A stretch of DNA of 64,000 bases, taken from positions 1 through 64,000 of the IMG/VR virus record IMGVR_UViG_3300021960_000054; one strand, 5' to 3'. Position numbers and translations under genes: made by a program. Positions within the stretch are counted from its first letter, which is position 1; the number at the start of each line of letters is the position of its first letter. The stretch is from a virus. The notes below the pieces were generated by a model. The model was not told the DNA's origin and searched no databases. It worked only from the letters and a program-made list of their open reading frames with translations. Positions 43,501-53,608 of the stretch are shown here, one piece after another.

Positions 43501-45807
43501 TTAAATTGCACAGGCATCACATGCTTCATCTTCACCGAAATACTCTGGTGGGTTATCGAACTTTTTCGTTGTTTCTTCTACTACAGTTTCTTCATCATCA
43601 TCTTTCTTACCATCATAAGTGTTTTGATAGTAAGCAGTCTTCCATCCATACTTATAGGTTGTAAGTAGGTCTTGCGCCATTACTGAGATTGGCACTTCAT
43701 TATTCTCGTAGTTTTCTGGATTGTACGACCAGTTACCACTGATTGCTTGGTCAAAATACTTCTGCATCATCGCAACGACTTTGATATACCCTTCGTTGCT
43801 TTTCATATCCCATAATAGAGTGTATGAATTCTTTAGCGTAGTATACTGTGGAACAATCTGTTTAAGAGTCCCCTTTTTGCTTTTCTTAACGGACAGGTAT
43901 GCTCTAGGAGGTTCGATTCCATTAGTTTCTCCTGACACAACGGAACTGCTCTCTGATGGCATCTGTGCGGACAGAGTTGAGTTGCGGAGTCCGTATGCTT
44001 TGATGTCTGCTCTAAGATTATCCCAATCACGACTTAACTTTCTGTTGCAAATTTCATCGACCTCTTTCTTGTATGTGTCAATAGGTAGAATACCATCTGC
44101 ATACTTAGTTCGGTCGTAATACTCACATTTACCTTTTTCTTGAGCAAGTTTATTAGATGCTCTCAGCAAGAAATACTGAAAACTCTCAGATAGTTCATCT
44201 ACAAGTTCCCATGCTTTAGGGTCATCATATTTGACTTTGTTCTTTGCTAGGTAATGTGCTAGACCTATATATCCAACTCCTAAAGACCGTCTTGCTCTAG
44301 TTGATTTCTCAGCGGCAATGACAGGATACTTCTGATAGTCAATAATCTCATCTAGTGAGCGAACTGCTAAGTCACACAAATCTTCTAACTCATCTGTATG
44401 CTTCAACTGACCAATGTTGATTGCAGATAGAATACACAAAGCAATCTCAGCATCCTCATCATCGATATGCTGAATAGGTGTAGTTGGTAGTGTAATCTCT
44501 TGACACAGATTACTCATATACACACGGTCTTTGAATGAACTATGAGTATTACAGTGGTCGATGTTCATAAGATAGATACGACCGGTCTCTGCACGTTCTT
44601 TGAGTAGATTAATCATCAACTCTCTAGCAGGTACAGTCTTCTTAGGTACAGAATATGCTCTCTCATACTTGAGATACATCTCATCAAACTCAGGTGTACC
44701 GAATGCTTCATATAGACCAGGAGCATCATGCGGCGAGAACAAAGTAATGTTTTCGCTCTTCAAAAAACGCTCATAGAATAACTTACTCAACTGAATTGAA
44801 TAGTCAAGTTTGCGAACACGATTATCTTCAGAACCTTTGTTGTTCTTTAGTACAAGAATATCTTCAATCTCTTTGTGCCAGATAGGAAAGTGAGTAGTAG
44901 CAGACCCACCGCGCACACCATTCTGTGTACAACATCTTACTGTCGCTTCGAACTTTTTGAGGAAAGGAATGACACCAGTATGTTGTACTTCACCTCCACG
45001 AATTTTAGAATTGATTCCACGAATTCTGCCAGCATTAATACCAATGCCCGCCCGTTGTGAAACATAGTATCCAATAGCACTATCAGAATTAAAAATGGAA
45101 TCAAGAGTGTCATCAACGTCCACAAGAACACAAGATGCAAACTGACGTATAGGGGTCCTGACACCTGACATAACAGGCGTTGGAATATTGATTTTGAATA
45201 GTGAGATTGCGTTGTAGTATCTTCTGACATATGATAGTCTTGTCTCCTTAGGATATTGTGCGAATAAAGTTGCGGCGATGAGCAAATACATAAACTGAGG
45301 TGTCTCATAGATATCACCGTTGCTTCTGTCTTGTACTAAGTACTTGTCAACCACTTGCTGTAATCCAGCATAAGTGAAGTTTAAGTCGCGCTGATGATAA
45401 ATCATAGCATCTAGTTTAGACCACTCATCTTCATCGTAGTATGATAGTAATTCCTTATCATACACACCACGGTCGATGTTATGTTTCACATGCTCTAAAA
45501 GAGGAGGATATTCATATTCACCAAACACATTTTTGCGTAATCCGTACAGCAACAATCGCGCCGCAACATATTCATAGTTGGGTGCTTCTAATGAAATCAA
45601 GTCGGAAGCAGATTTCACAAGAATTTTTTGAATGTCTTTAGTTTCAATCCCATCAAAGAACTGAATACCCGAATTCATCTCTACCTGTGACGCGGACACG
45701 CCATGTAAACCATCACATGCTTCTTGTGTAATTTTCTGAATTTTTCTAATATCTAATGTTTCTTTCCGACCATCATTTTTGATGACATGAATACTTGGTT
45801 GATCCAT
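43501..45807 (-). CDS. nrdA: Ribonucleotide reductase class Ia alpha subunit with ATP cone
   Basis: PTPVMSG, QFASC, SNLCQEI, LCILSA, MPSESSS, DQAISGN, C-terminal CDACAI. Confidence 0.98.
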   Translation of the reverse strand: MDQPSIHVIKNDGRKETLDIRKIQKITQEACDGLHGVSASQVEMNSGIQFFDGIETKDIQKILVKSASDLISLEAPNYEYVAARLLLYGLRKNVFGEYEYPPLLEHVKHNIDRGVYDKELLSYYDEDEWSKLDAMIYHQRDLNFTYAGLQQVVDKYLVQDRSNGDIYETPQFMYLLIAATLFAQYPKETRLSYVRRYYNAISLFKINIPTPVMSGVRTPIRQFASCVLVDVDDTLDSIFNSDSAIGYYVSQRAGIGINAGRIRGINSKIRGGEVQHTGVIPFLKKFEATVRCCTQNGVRGGSATTHFPIWHKEIEDILVLKNNKGSEDNRVRKLDYSIQLSKLFYERFLKSENITLFSPHDAPGLYEAFGTPEFDEMYLKYERAYSVPKKTVPARELMINLLKERAETGRIYLMNIDHCNTHSSFKDRVYMSNLCQEITLPTTPIQHIDDEDAEIALCILSAINIGQLKHTDELEDLCDLAVRSLDEIIDYQKYPVIAAEKSTRARRSLGVGYIGLAHYLAKNKVKYDDPKAWELVDELSESFQYFLLRASNKLAQEKGKCEYYDRTKYADGILPIDTYKKEVDEICNRKLSRDWDNLRADIKAYGLRNSTLSAQMPSESSSVVSGETNGIEPPRAYLSVKKSKKGTLKQIVPQYTTLKNSYTLLWDMKSNEGYIKVVAMMQKYFDQAISGNWSYNPENYENNEVPISVMAQDLLTTYKYGWKTAYYQNTYDGKKDDDEETVVEETTKKFDNPPEYFGEDEACDACAI

Positions 45808-45823
45808 TTCTGCTCCTGTTTCT

Positions 45824-46333
45824 TTAATTGTTTTTATTTGGTAATACGAAAAATAAGTAATCTAAATCGTAAGTTGCCGCAACATTTGGGTGTGTTACTT
45901 TCCACCATGCGTCATTTGATAGAACTGAAATACGTCCTGGATAACTTGCAATAATATCTGAAGGTTCACATTCAGTATATGCTATAATCTCTCCACCCCA
46001 ATCCTTTGACCATGATTTAGCAAAACACACTAATACCTGTAAAGCATCATTATAACCTCTCATAGGAACAGGATATGCATCATGCGTATACTTAATTTTA
46101 CTCACATATGTTGGTTTTATATCTAAATAGCGTCTAAGTTTGGGGTCACTTTCACCTAGAAGTTGTATAACATCTTTTGCTAATTCTTCTGCGTCTATTG
46201 TATCAAATGATTCCATCTCTTCAATTTGCTGTTGCTGAATTACCAAATCATACACACTCAAATCTGGTTCTACATCTTTGATAAAACTTATAGGTTGTTC
46301 TTTTCGCCTTAATTCTAATTCGCTTGTTGGCAT
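45824..46333 (-). CDS. Degenerate 2OG-Fe(II) oxygenase-like protein
   Basis: WSKDWGGEII...YPGRI retained but metal-ligand His residues not evident. Confidence 0.65.
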   Translation of the reverse strand: MPTSELELRRKEQPISFIKDVEPDLSVYDLVIQQQQIEEMESFDTIDAEELAKDVIQLLGESDPKLRRYLDIKPTYVSKIKYTHDAYPVPMRGYNDALQVLVCFAKSWSKDWGGEIIAYTECEPSDIIASYPGRISVLSNDAWWKVTHPNVAATYDLDYLFFVLPNKNN

Positions 46334-46334
46334 T

Positions 46335-46844
46335 CTATTCTCCTAATTTATACGCAATCGTATGACGGTATCCATTATATAAATGGTTATAAGAAGATGC
46401 TCTATGAACTATGTTGCCATCAAAGAAAACTGCGCGACCGGCAAAAGGCGTTATCGCATAACACGCATCTTTATTGTCATCATAGAAAATAGTCTCACCA
46501 CCATACTTTACATCATAATTTAAATTTAAATATATTAAACAGGTTGTGTGACATCCATCAATATGCGGAAAACTAGGTTCGTTTGGTTTCCATGCATTGA
46601 TATATGCTCTTACGATTTTTAATTCTAAACCTGTTAGTGTTTTTGCTTGCGATAGAATTCTTTCATCTAGAAATCCACGCATCTCATCATTTAGTTCTGC
46701 GGTCATACCGCTCAAATATTTTTCCTCATTGTAAATATCATATTCTATAATATTCCAACGCAATTCTTTACACTGATTAGTAAAAAAGTGGCATCTTTCT
46801 GCTTGTATAAAATGGTCTACAATATCTATTCGCATTTCTTCCAT
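46335..46844 (-). CDS. 2OG-Fe(II) oxygenase (prolyl hydroxylase-like)
   Basis: RAYIN...PHID...YLN...YGGETIFY...GRAVFFDG..VHRA...RHTIAYK. Confidence 0.92.
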   Translation of the reverse strand: MEEMRIDIVDHFIQAERCHFFTNQCKELRWNIIEYDIYNEEKYLSGMTAELNDEMRGFLDERILSQAKTLTGLELKIVRAYINAWKPNEPSFPHIDGCHTTCLIYLNLNYDVKYGGETIFYDDNKDACYAITPFAGRAVFFDGNIVHRASSYNHLYNGYRHTIAYKLGE

Positions 46845-47839
46845 TCACCAAACCTCATTCTTGCACTTAGACCTCTATGTGTGTTTTTACTTATAATGTC
46901 CATAATGTCTAACTTGCTTTTTCCTGCTATAATCATATCATTAATGTCTTTTTCGCCGATAGTCTCAGGCCATATCACAATAGTATCGTCATTGTCGATG
47001 TGTTTCCACATTCTTTTAACAATTTCTGGATTGCGTGGTTCATTATCATACACAAAAACATAGTCATTGTATGCATAATCAAGTTTATCTAAACCGCTTG
47101 CATCTGCGCCTGCCATTGCAATACTATTATCTATAAACATGGAATCGATTGGACCCTCTACAACGTAAACTTTTTCGGAAAGATTAACTTTGTCTAACCC
47201 ATATAGTTTAGGTGCAGTCTCATCAAGCATAATAGTGATATACTTTGGTTTCTCTTTACCGAATGCACGACCTTGAAATCCTATCAGTTTACCCGTCTTG
47301 TCATAGAATGGTATGATAAGTCTAGGGTGGTCTTGGTCTACATTAGTAAACTTATTTGGTATTATTCGGTTGACGAATGTGCAGAACTTGTTGACTAGAT
47401 ATAGTTCTTCCCATCGCTCTTCTGGTATCTTTCTCATCTCCATATACTTGCGTACTGGATGCTCTAAAGATAGTCTAGAAACGGTTTTAACGGTGTCTAG
47501 GAGGGTTGTTTGTTTGATTACGACTGACTTATACTCAGGTTCATCAAACATAGTACGAGAGGTCTCACCATTCTTATATCTTGCAAGAATGTATTGTTTA
47601 TAGACTTCAGCATCTACTCTTTCAAGTAATTTACCGAATGTAGTGGACAGTCCGCAGTTGTGGCATCTATACAACATCATATCTTTGACGCGATAGAAGT
47701 ACCCTCTTGCTTTTGTCTTTTTCTTCGTGGAATCACCACAAACAGGGCAAGAAAAATTATAAAGATAATCTTTCTTCTTCTTGAAATTCCTCAGTTTGTG
47801 GGAAATCGAATGAATATAATCTAGGTCTGTCATTAACAT
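46826..47839 (-). CDS. 61: DNA primase gp61
   Basis: CPVCGDS...CHNCG Zn finger, RLIIPF, GFQGR, VEGPIDS, YDNEPRN, KDINDM. Confidence 0.97.
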   Translation of the reverse strand: MLMTDLDYIHSISHKLRNFKKKKDYLYNFSCPVCGDSTKKKTKARGYFYRVKDMMLYRCHNCGLSTTFGKLLERVDAEVYKQYILARYKNGETSRTMFDEPEYKSVVIKQTTLLDTVKTVSRLSLEHPVRKYMEMRKIPEERWEELYLVNKFCTFVNRIIPNKFTNVDQDHPRLIIPFYDKTGKLIGFQGRAFGKEKPKYITIMLDETAPKLYGLDKVNLSEKVYVVEGPIDSMFIDNSIAMAGADASGLDKLDYAYNDYVFVYDNEPRNPEIVKRMWKHIDNDDTIVIWPETIGEKDINDMIIAGKSKLDIMDIISKNTHRGLSARMRFGEWKKCE

Positions 47840-47890
47840 AATACATAATATACTCTAAAAAGGTTACAAAGTCAAGTAAAAAATTATCTT

Positions 47891-48313
47891 TTACCCAAAT
47901 AATTTCAATACTGGCATGGCAGATATGAGATAACCAACGACCATCGCGCCGCCAATCATAATCCAGCGCCATTGCTCTAGTCTGTTTAGTCTATCGCTCA
48001 CAGCAATATGGTGTGCTTGTTGCTCTTCGCGTAACTTTTTAATTTCATCCATGATGAGTGAGTGTGATTTTTCGATTTCGGTTGACATTTCTTGTTTTTG
48101 CTTCTCTATTCTCTCATGAATGATTTCTACATTGTGACCCAAATGTTTATCTGTAGTCTCAATTTTATTTTCTTGCACTGCTATCATACGGTTAATTGAG
48201 GTCGCTACTTCCGACAACTTCTCTATGGTTAAATCGAGTTTGCCGATAACCAAGTTAAGTTGTGTAATATCTCTCTTTATGAGTTCAATTTCGGTGCGTA
48301 CTTCTTCTGACAT
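47891..48313 (-). CDS. Coiled-coil protein with C-terminal TM
   Basis: LEQWRWIMIGGA..VGY. Confidence 0.75.
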   Translation of the reverse strand: MSEEVRTEIELIKRDITQLNLVIGKLDLTIEKLSEVATSINRMIAVQENKIETTDKHLGHNVEIIHERIEKQKQEMSTEIEKSHSLIMDEIKKLREEQQAHHIAVSDRLNRLEQWRWIMIGGAMVVGYLISAMPVLKLFG

Positions 48314-48314
48314 A

Positions 48315-48590
48315 TCATTTCTCTAAACTATTTATTCTTTCTTCTAACTCATCAATCTTTTTAGTTATACGAGGATATCTTTTTCTCCAGATATCATCTG
48401 GTTCTTGTAACCAAGTCCAACCCCATCGATTAACGAGATAATCTAATGCTTCATCAAACTTTGAGTATGCCCATAGTCCCATACGGGTATCGCGAAACCA
48501 TGCAAGAAACGCGGCACCTAATAAAGCACCAGCGATTGCTGTGTAAATCCACAACGTATCGCTGAACATTTTAGAGATTAACTCTCCCAT
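48315..48590 (-). CDS. Membrane protein
   Basis: TM WIYTAIAGALLGAAFLAW. Confidence 0.72.
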   Translation of the reverse strand: MGELISKMFSDTLWIYTAIAGALLGAAFLAWFRDTRMGLWAYSKFDEALDYLVNRWGWTWLQEPDDIWRKRYPRITKKIDELEERINSLEK

Positions 48591-49084
48591 GTTCTCGGTG
48601 CTGATGATTTAATTGCAAAGCGTCCAAATAGACGAACTGCATAGTATGCGGCATACTTCTTCCATGATGCTACGAGTGGTTCAGTCTCACCCATTGCTTG
48701 CAAGAAAACACAATCTGCAATCTTACGACATGCTTCTAAGTCTGATGCACTAATCTCACCGCGTCTTGCGTTGATACGCTCATACATGATATCATGAATA
48801 ACTGCAGGTCGTGCAACATCAAACGGTGCAATGAATGCCCAACATGCTCTAGGAACTGATGCCAAGTCTGTAACGTATCCAAGAGGTACTGTAATCTTAC
48901 CTGATGATGTGATTTTGATATCAACTTTACATTCTTTTAATTTCGCAATCTCACTATCTAATAGTGCCGCGGCATGAAATGTAAGAGGTTTTTCAAGTCT
49001 CCATTTGTTAGGTCGTTTAAATGCTCCTACGAGCAGTCCATTCCATTTTTTATTTGACATTCTCTTCCTCTTTCTGTGGTTCAT
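48578..49084 (-). CDS. DUF1353-like protein (likely start MSNKKW)
   Basis: VPLGYVTDLASVPR...AVIHDIMY...AD.VF..AM...AVRLFG. Confidence 0.85.
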   Translation of the reverse strand: MNHRKRKRMSNKKWNGLLVGAFKRPNKWRLEKPLTFHAAALLDSEIAKLKECKVDIKITSSGKITVPLGYVTDLASVPRACWAFIAPFDVARPAVIHDIMYERINARRGEISASDLEACRKIADCVFLQAMGETEPLVASWKKYAAYYAVRLFGRFAIKSSAPRTWES

Positions 49085-49424
49085 AATACTTGCGATATTG
49101 TATAATTATTTCTTTTTGTGTCGCAAGATACCCTTTTATATCTGCTATATTTAGTGCTAGTGCTTCGTACCCATCTGTTGTCATTGCAAATAGAGCAATA
49201 GGTTTACCTTGCTTCTCTAAATCTGCGAATACTGCTTCTGCATTTTCTCTTGTGACAACAACCCACTCAACTTTTTTCATGTCAAGCGGTTCTGGATTAG
49301 GTAAGTTCAGTCTAGGTTTCTCTACTGCTACCTTCTGTGTCTCAATTGTTTTAACACTAGGTAGAAAACTGCAACCAGTTAATGCTACGAGTAATAGACT
49401 ACTTAGTAAGATTTTCAATTTCAT
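49050..49424 (-). CDS. Lipoprotein, o-spanin (Rz1-like) candidate
   Basis: Lipobox LTGC, Pro-rich segment, adjacent to an i-spanin-like gene. Confidence 0.75.
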   Translation of the reverse strand: MKLKILLSSLLLVALTGCSFLPSVKTIETQKVAVEKPRLNLPNPEPLDMKKVEWVVVTRENAEAVFADLEKQGKPIALFAMTTDGYEALALNIADIKGYLATQKEIIIQYRKYYEPQKEEENVK

Positions 49425-49770
49425 CTAATACACCCATGGACCCTTTATTAATAATTCTTTCAATTAGTTTTGGTTTCTCTACTGCAAGAAAATTCAAATC
49501 ATGCTTCGCAAGTTTCTTTTGCAACTCATCTTTTGCTTTGTTTACTTCGTTAATTTTATCGTTAAGAGCAACATTTGACTGAAGTATCTTTTCGTAGGAT
49601 TCTTTTGTCTGTGCTATTACTGCTTTTTGTTCTTCTACTGCAGTCTCAAGTTTTGCTTGATTGAGTACAAGTATTTCATTTTCATGTTGTAACTTCTTAA
49701 CATAGTAAATGGCGCCAGAGGCGCCAACTAGTGCTACAATAATGAATACTATTTTAATCTGTGTAAACAT
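49399..49770 (-). CDS. i-spanin (Rz-like) candidate
   Basis: N-terminal TM plus long coiled coil, KPKLIERIIN. Confidence 0.75.
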   Translation of the reverse strand: MFTQIKIVFIIVALVGASGAIYYVKKLQHENEILVLNQAKLETAVEEQKAVIAQTKESYEKILQSNVALNDKINEVNKAKDELQKKLAKHDLNFLAVEKPKLIERIINKGSMGVLDEIENLTK

Positions 49771-49771
49771 A

Positions 49772-50233
49772 CTACTCCTGTATATTAAATTTTAAGTTTG
49801 CGTGGTCAGGATATGTTACCGCAATACTACCTTCTGGACAGTCATAGTCAATATAAGCAATCAATGTTGCTATACCTTGTGCCACTGGTTGGTCGGTTTC
49901 TATTGACATTTTATAAGCAAATGTATCCACTTTATCGCTTGCCGGTCCCATAAATTTACCAATACTGCTTGACGCCGGATGAACAATGTCTTCGCTATCT
50001 CTTACAGTGAGTGTAAAGTCTGTAACTGTGCAGTCATCTCTGTGTTTCTCTCTTGCAACAGTTACTTTATAGTCACCATCGTATGGCACTACACTAAAAT
50101 GCTCAGGTGCCCATGTAAGAATGTCTTTATTTTCAAATTTATCCCATACAGTATAACCACCACCAAGCATTGCTAATGTTGCTGTTACAACACCAATACC
50201 TTTTGTTATATTTTCAACATCAAAACTCAACAT
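49772..50233 (-). CDS. Membrane-anchored hypothetical protein
   Basis: N-terminal TM, periplasmic beta domain with 2 Cys. Confidence 0.7.
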   Translation of the reverse strand: MLSFDVENITKGIGVVTATLAMLGGGYTVWDKFENKDILTWAPEHFSVVPYDGDYKVTVAREKHRDDCTVTDFTLTVRDSEDIVHPASSSIGKFMGPASDKVDTFAYKMSIETDQPVAQGIATLIAYIDYDCPEGSIAVTYPDHANLKFNIQE

Positions 50234-50987
50234 CGATCCATTCCTTTAGTGATGAAACTTTTTCTGTTCTTACTGGTCTTTGAAGTTTTTTCCAACGACC
50301 ACCACCATTAGGATTATATCGAATTGCTTTTTGATTACCTGTATCTGCACATTGTAGAATAATCATACCATCTGGATTTCTTCGTGCAAAGTTATAGATA
50401 CTTGCTTCCGCGTCATCTTCGGTGTTTAAGTATTTGTTCCAGCGTTCAAACTTCTTTTTACCTTTAGCAAAACGTCTGAATACTTCTGGTGTTACTTTAA
50501 ATAATGCAGTCTTGCGCTTCTTCTTACGAACTACAACAGTACTACTATCATCTCCAGTACCTGCTACTGCAGGACCGGTCGCATTTGCCGCGGCAACTTC
50601 CCAATGCTTTCGAATTTCTGCTTCTGCTAGATAGAACCCAGGACGATGCTCTGCCATGTCTAATTTTTCTAGCAATACACTATCGGTCTCAAAAAACTCT
50701 TCTTCTTTAACTAACTTCTCTCTTACAAGTAGTAGTGCCGCGGCGTAGTTTGCAAGACGCGACTTGACGAAAGGAACTTTCTCTAAAAGTCCTCGTAGAC
50801 GAAATACTAATCTGTGTAGGAGAGTGTATGCACTTTCTTGCTCATTACGAACAAACTTACGCATTGAAATAAGTTGTTCACCCTTTTCGTTAATAATGCC
50901 TAAACGATACGCTTCAGTATCTTCATACTTCATCGTGAATAGTCTTAACATTCTTAGGGCAATTAGATTGTCTACTAATTTACTCAT
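50220..50987 (-). CDS. Conserved T4-like hypothetical (probable head-associated) protein
   Basis: AYRLGIINEKG...AYTLLHRLVFRLR...YAAALLLVRE. Confidence 0.8.
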   Translation of the reverse strand: MSKLVDNLIALRMLRLFTMKYEDTEAYRLGIINEKGEQLISMRKFVRNEQESAYTLLHRLVFRLRGLLEKVPFVKSRLANYAAALLLVREKLVKEEEFFETDSVLLEKLDMAEHRPGFYLAEAEIRKHWEVAAANATGPAVAGTGDDSSTVVVRKKKRKTALFKVTPEVFRRFAKGKKKFERWNKYLNTEDDAEASIYNFARRNPDGMIILQCADTGNQKAIRYNPNGGGRWKKLQRPVRTEKVSSLKEWIDVEF

Positions 50988-51350
50988 TTATAACTCTCTT
51001 AACTCCTGTACTATATCTTGGTCTAATGTAATATCTATGTGTTCTTTATCAGTCATATAGTTCAGAAACACAAGAAATGTTTTCAGACAAGACAACATAT
51101 CAGTTTCTACTTTTAAAAAAAGCATTTTCTTTGTTGCTTCAGGACCAAAGACATTATATAAAACTACCATATGATTAATTACTAGTCTGCTTCGAATTTG
51201 TCCTGTGTCCAGATACTTCTTAAAAAGTCTCTTTATATATTTAATACGCTTCAGGTCTTCTTGAAACTCTTCAAGGTCCATGCAATGTGGATTATTATAT
51301 GCTTTCATTGCATAGACCAAGAAGTTTTTATCTGTCAATTCATTGTTCAT
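50988..51350 (-). CDS. Conserved T4-like hypothetical protein
   Basis: NFLVYAMKAYNNPHC..EEFQEDLKRIKYIKRL...NHMVVLYNVFG...LKTFLVFL. Confidence 0.85.
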   Translation of the reverse strand: MNNELTDKNFLVYAMKAYNNPHCMDLEEFQEDLKRIKYIKRLFKKYLDTGQIRSRLVINHMVVLYNVFGPEATKKMLFLKVETDMLSCLKTFLVFLNYMTDKEHIDITLDQDIVQELREL

Positions 51351-51374
51351 TATATAGTAATTTATAACGAATAA

Positions 51375-52466
51375 TTATACGATTTTTGCGTATACTTTAG
51401 TGGTCCCAAATGGAGTTTTTTCATACTCAATCTGAAGATTTAAACCTTCAGCAGGATTTTCACTATCAAGCGCATCAATCGCAGTACTAACACTTTTACC
51501 TGTAATACCACCATACTGTGTCAGAGGAGTAGACGCGGTGCCTTTATCTTCTGTCATAGCAGGAATATCAAAAGTTAAACCAAGAGTTGCTAGTTTACCT
51601 TGAAGTTGTACTAACGCACCTTTAGGGTTGACATATTCGCGAATACCAACAGCACCAACAAGAGCATTTAGTTGTTGTAAACTATCAGGATTCTTAATAT
51701 CATTGAGTGCTAAGTCAGTACCATCACCTGTTGGAACTTGCGAGTAACCATCTTCCAACAAGTCGGTGATTGTCTCAACAACATTTCTACCACTAGAGTT
51801 AAACGTAATGATATCCATGCTTTCTTCAAGTGAATTTACTTCTTCAACTTCAACAGTTTCGCGCACTCTCCCGCTGATAACATCAGATACAGTTTGGTCA
51901 ATTGTTCTGCTTTCATTCTGACGTTTCAGAACTGCGGCAACTTGCTTATGATTAGATAAACCTTTTGCAAGTTTCTCAATTGCTCTAACTGCACCACTCA
52001 TGTTACCACCAGCATAGCGTTTGTCTGATGCGATACCAATTGCTTGTTTAACTTGCATTGGTGTGTATGACTTCTCATCAACTTCTACGCTTTCAGATTT
52101 TTCTTTTTCGCGGTCTGCTTTCATCTTTGCTTTTTCAGCATCGATACCTGCTTGTGCTTTCTTCAAACGCTCACGGTCTTGTTGCTTTTTCTTAATCTTA
52201 GCAAGTTTAGCATCTGCGGCGTCTGCACGTCCAGCAGTAGATACACGAACATTACCTTGTTTGTTCACTACTGCTTTCTTTGCTAGATTGAATGCACCTT
52301 TACCTACTTTGGCAACGCCTTTGGCAATGCCACTGACGATACCTTCTTCTAGTTCATTAAGTTCCTCATCGCTGAGAGTTTCAAGAAACTTATCGAAATC
52401 CTCTTCGTTCAAACTCAAGAAGGAATCAAAAGTTTGTTCGGTGAGGTTTTGTTTAAATGATTTCAT
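51375..52466 (-). CDS. Probable internal head protein
   Basis: N-terminus MKSFKQNLTE resembles the T4 capsid-targeting sequence; several LxE sites. Confidence 0.72.
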   Translation of the reverse strand: MKSFKQNLTEQTFDSFLSLNEEDFDKFLETLSDEELNELEEGIVSGIAKGVAKVGKGAFNLAKKAVVNKQGNVRVSTAGRADAADAKLAKIKKKQQDRERLKKAQAGIDAEKAKMKADREKEKSESVEVDEKSYTPMQVKQAIGIASDKRYAGGNMSGAVRAIEKLAKGLSNHKQVAAVLKRQNESRTIDQTVSDVISGRVRETVEVEEVNSLEESMDIITFNSSGRNVVETITDLLEDGYSQVPTGDGTDLALNDIKNPDSLQQLNALVGAVGIREYVNPKGALVQLQGKLATLGLTFDIPAMTEDKGTASTPLTQYGGITGKSVSTAIDALDSENPAEGLNLQIEYEKTPFGTTKVYAKIV

Positions 52467-52478
52467 TGAAACCTCCTA

Positions 52479-52943
52479 TTATGCTATTGTGCAACCATTG
52501 TTTGACAGAATTTGCCAATTTGAACCATTAAAGATTAGAGTGGCGCTATCACCAGCATCTTCCATTGTGATGCTTGTACCATTCAAAAAGTTTGCTGGAT
52601 CGATTTGTACATCGCCACCATCAACAATTAAAGTCAGAATTTTAATCTGTCCTTGCACACCATCAGCAAGTGTTAGTGCATTAACACCATCTGTTGTAGC
52701 AGTTGATGTGATGTTGCTCATTGCTGATGTGACATTAATAGCGAGAGTTGCACCAGCGGCACTTACTGCCTCTGCTGTTGCATCAAATGCAAGAAATCCG
52801 TCTACTTTTACATTACCAGCAATGTTCTCCAGAAAGTTCTGGACTGTTAGTTTTTTGTTCGTACCACCTTGTACAATGTGAAACAAGTCAGCGGATGCAC
52901 CACTGCTTGCGGCGGTTAGTTCACTAATTTTTTGGTCTGCCAT
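52479..52943 (-). CDS. Virion structural protein (fibre/decoration-like)
   Basis: MADQKISELTAA...NKKLTV; TLADGVQGQIK...GDSATLIFNGSNW. Confidence 0.75.
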   Translation of the reverse strand: MADQKISELTAASSGASADLFHIVQGGTNKKLTVQNFLENIAGNVKVDGFLAFDATAEAVSAAGATLAINVTSAMSNITSTATTDGVNALTLADGVQGQIKILTLIVDGGDVQIDPANFLNGTSITMEDAGDSATLIFNGSNWQILSNNGCTIA

Positions 52944-53036
52944 GTTAGTCTCCTATTTGCAGTTATTATTCACACTAATGCTTTGTTACAAACATTAGCA
53001 AATCTAGGTGGGCGCAACTAAATGGCGCCCATTAAT

Positions 53037-53585
53037 TTATGCACTAATTGTAAGTGTATCTGTTACACCAGCGATAGCAAGGGATGCGTTAACTGCTTCT
53101 TGGTCAGCAATATTACCACCTTGCGGTAAAATGCTCTGGTCAGCAATTGACAATACATCATCTTCTGCAAGTGCGGCAGATGCGGCACCAAACGTAGCAC
53201 GGAATGTCAACTTGTTAGTTGATGAACCGGACTGATAAGTTGCAGTAGTTGTTGCTGATGCACCACCACCTGCTTGGTCGTTAGCAATTTCAAGAGTTGG
53301 TGAACCTGTTACGGTGACCTTCTCGTTATATACTACAGTAACGTCAATATTACCGCCAGCGGCATGACTGTATGCTGTTGATTTGAAGATTACAGATGTG
53401 ATATCTGCAATATTCAATTTAGTAGAACCAGACAATTGTCCAATTGCTACTAATACTTCTTCTAGACCCGTATTTGGATCACGATAGACCCATCCGCGAC
53501 TATCTGCGAATGTGTCTCTTTTCTGTGCTGTGGTTAACCATTTAGGTTTCGCCTCATTTGCGTCTGTTGCGCCCCAAGATGCCAT
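53037..53585 (-). CDS. Virion structural protein (Ig-like decoration candidate)
   Basis: MASWG...KPKWL...GWV...EVLVAI; YNEKVTVTGSP...ATYQSGSSTNKLTF; late promoter at 53632-53639. Confidence 0.78.
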   Translation of the reverse strand: MASWGATDANEAKPKWLTTAQKRDTFADSRGWVYRDPNTGLEEVLVAIGQLSGSTKLNIADITSVIFKSTAYSHAAGGNIDVTVVYNEKVTVTGSPTLEIANDQAGGGASATTTATYQSGSSTNKLTFRATFGAASAALAEDDVLSIADQSILPQGGNIADQEAVNASLAIAGVTDTLTISA

Positions 53586-53608
53586 TTTAACTCTCCTATT
53601 TGTTTATG

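Noticed and set aside
43501-45807. Intron or intein in nrdA (also nrdB, uvsX, gp41, gp61)
   Set aside because: ORFs are continuous and of normal length with no splicing motifs.
52021-52881. 286-aa + strand ORF
   Set aside because: Antisense shadow of two well-formed - strand genes, Ser/Ala/Leu-rich, with no RBS or motif. The same applies to the other antisense ORFs in the track.
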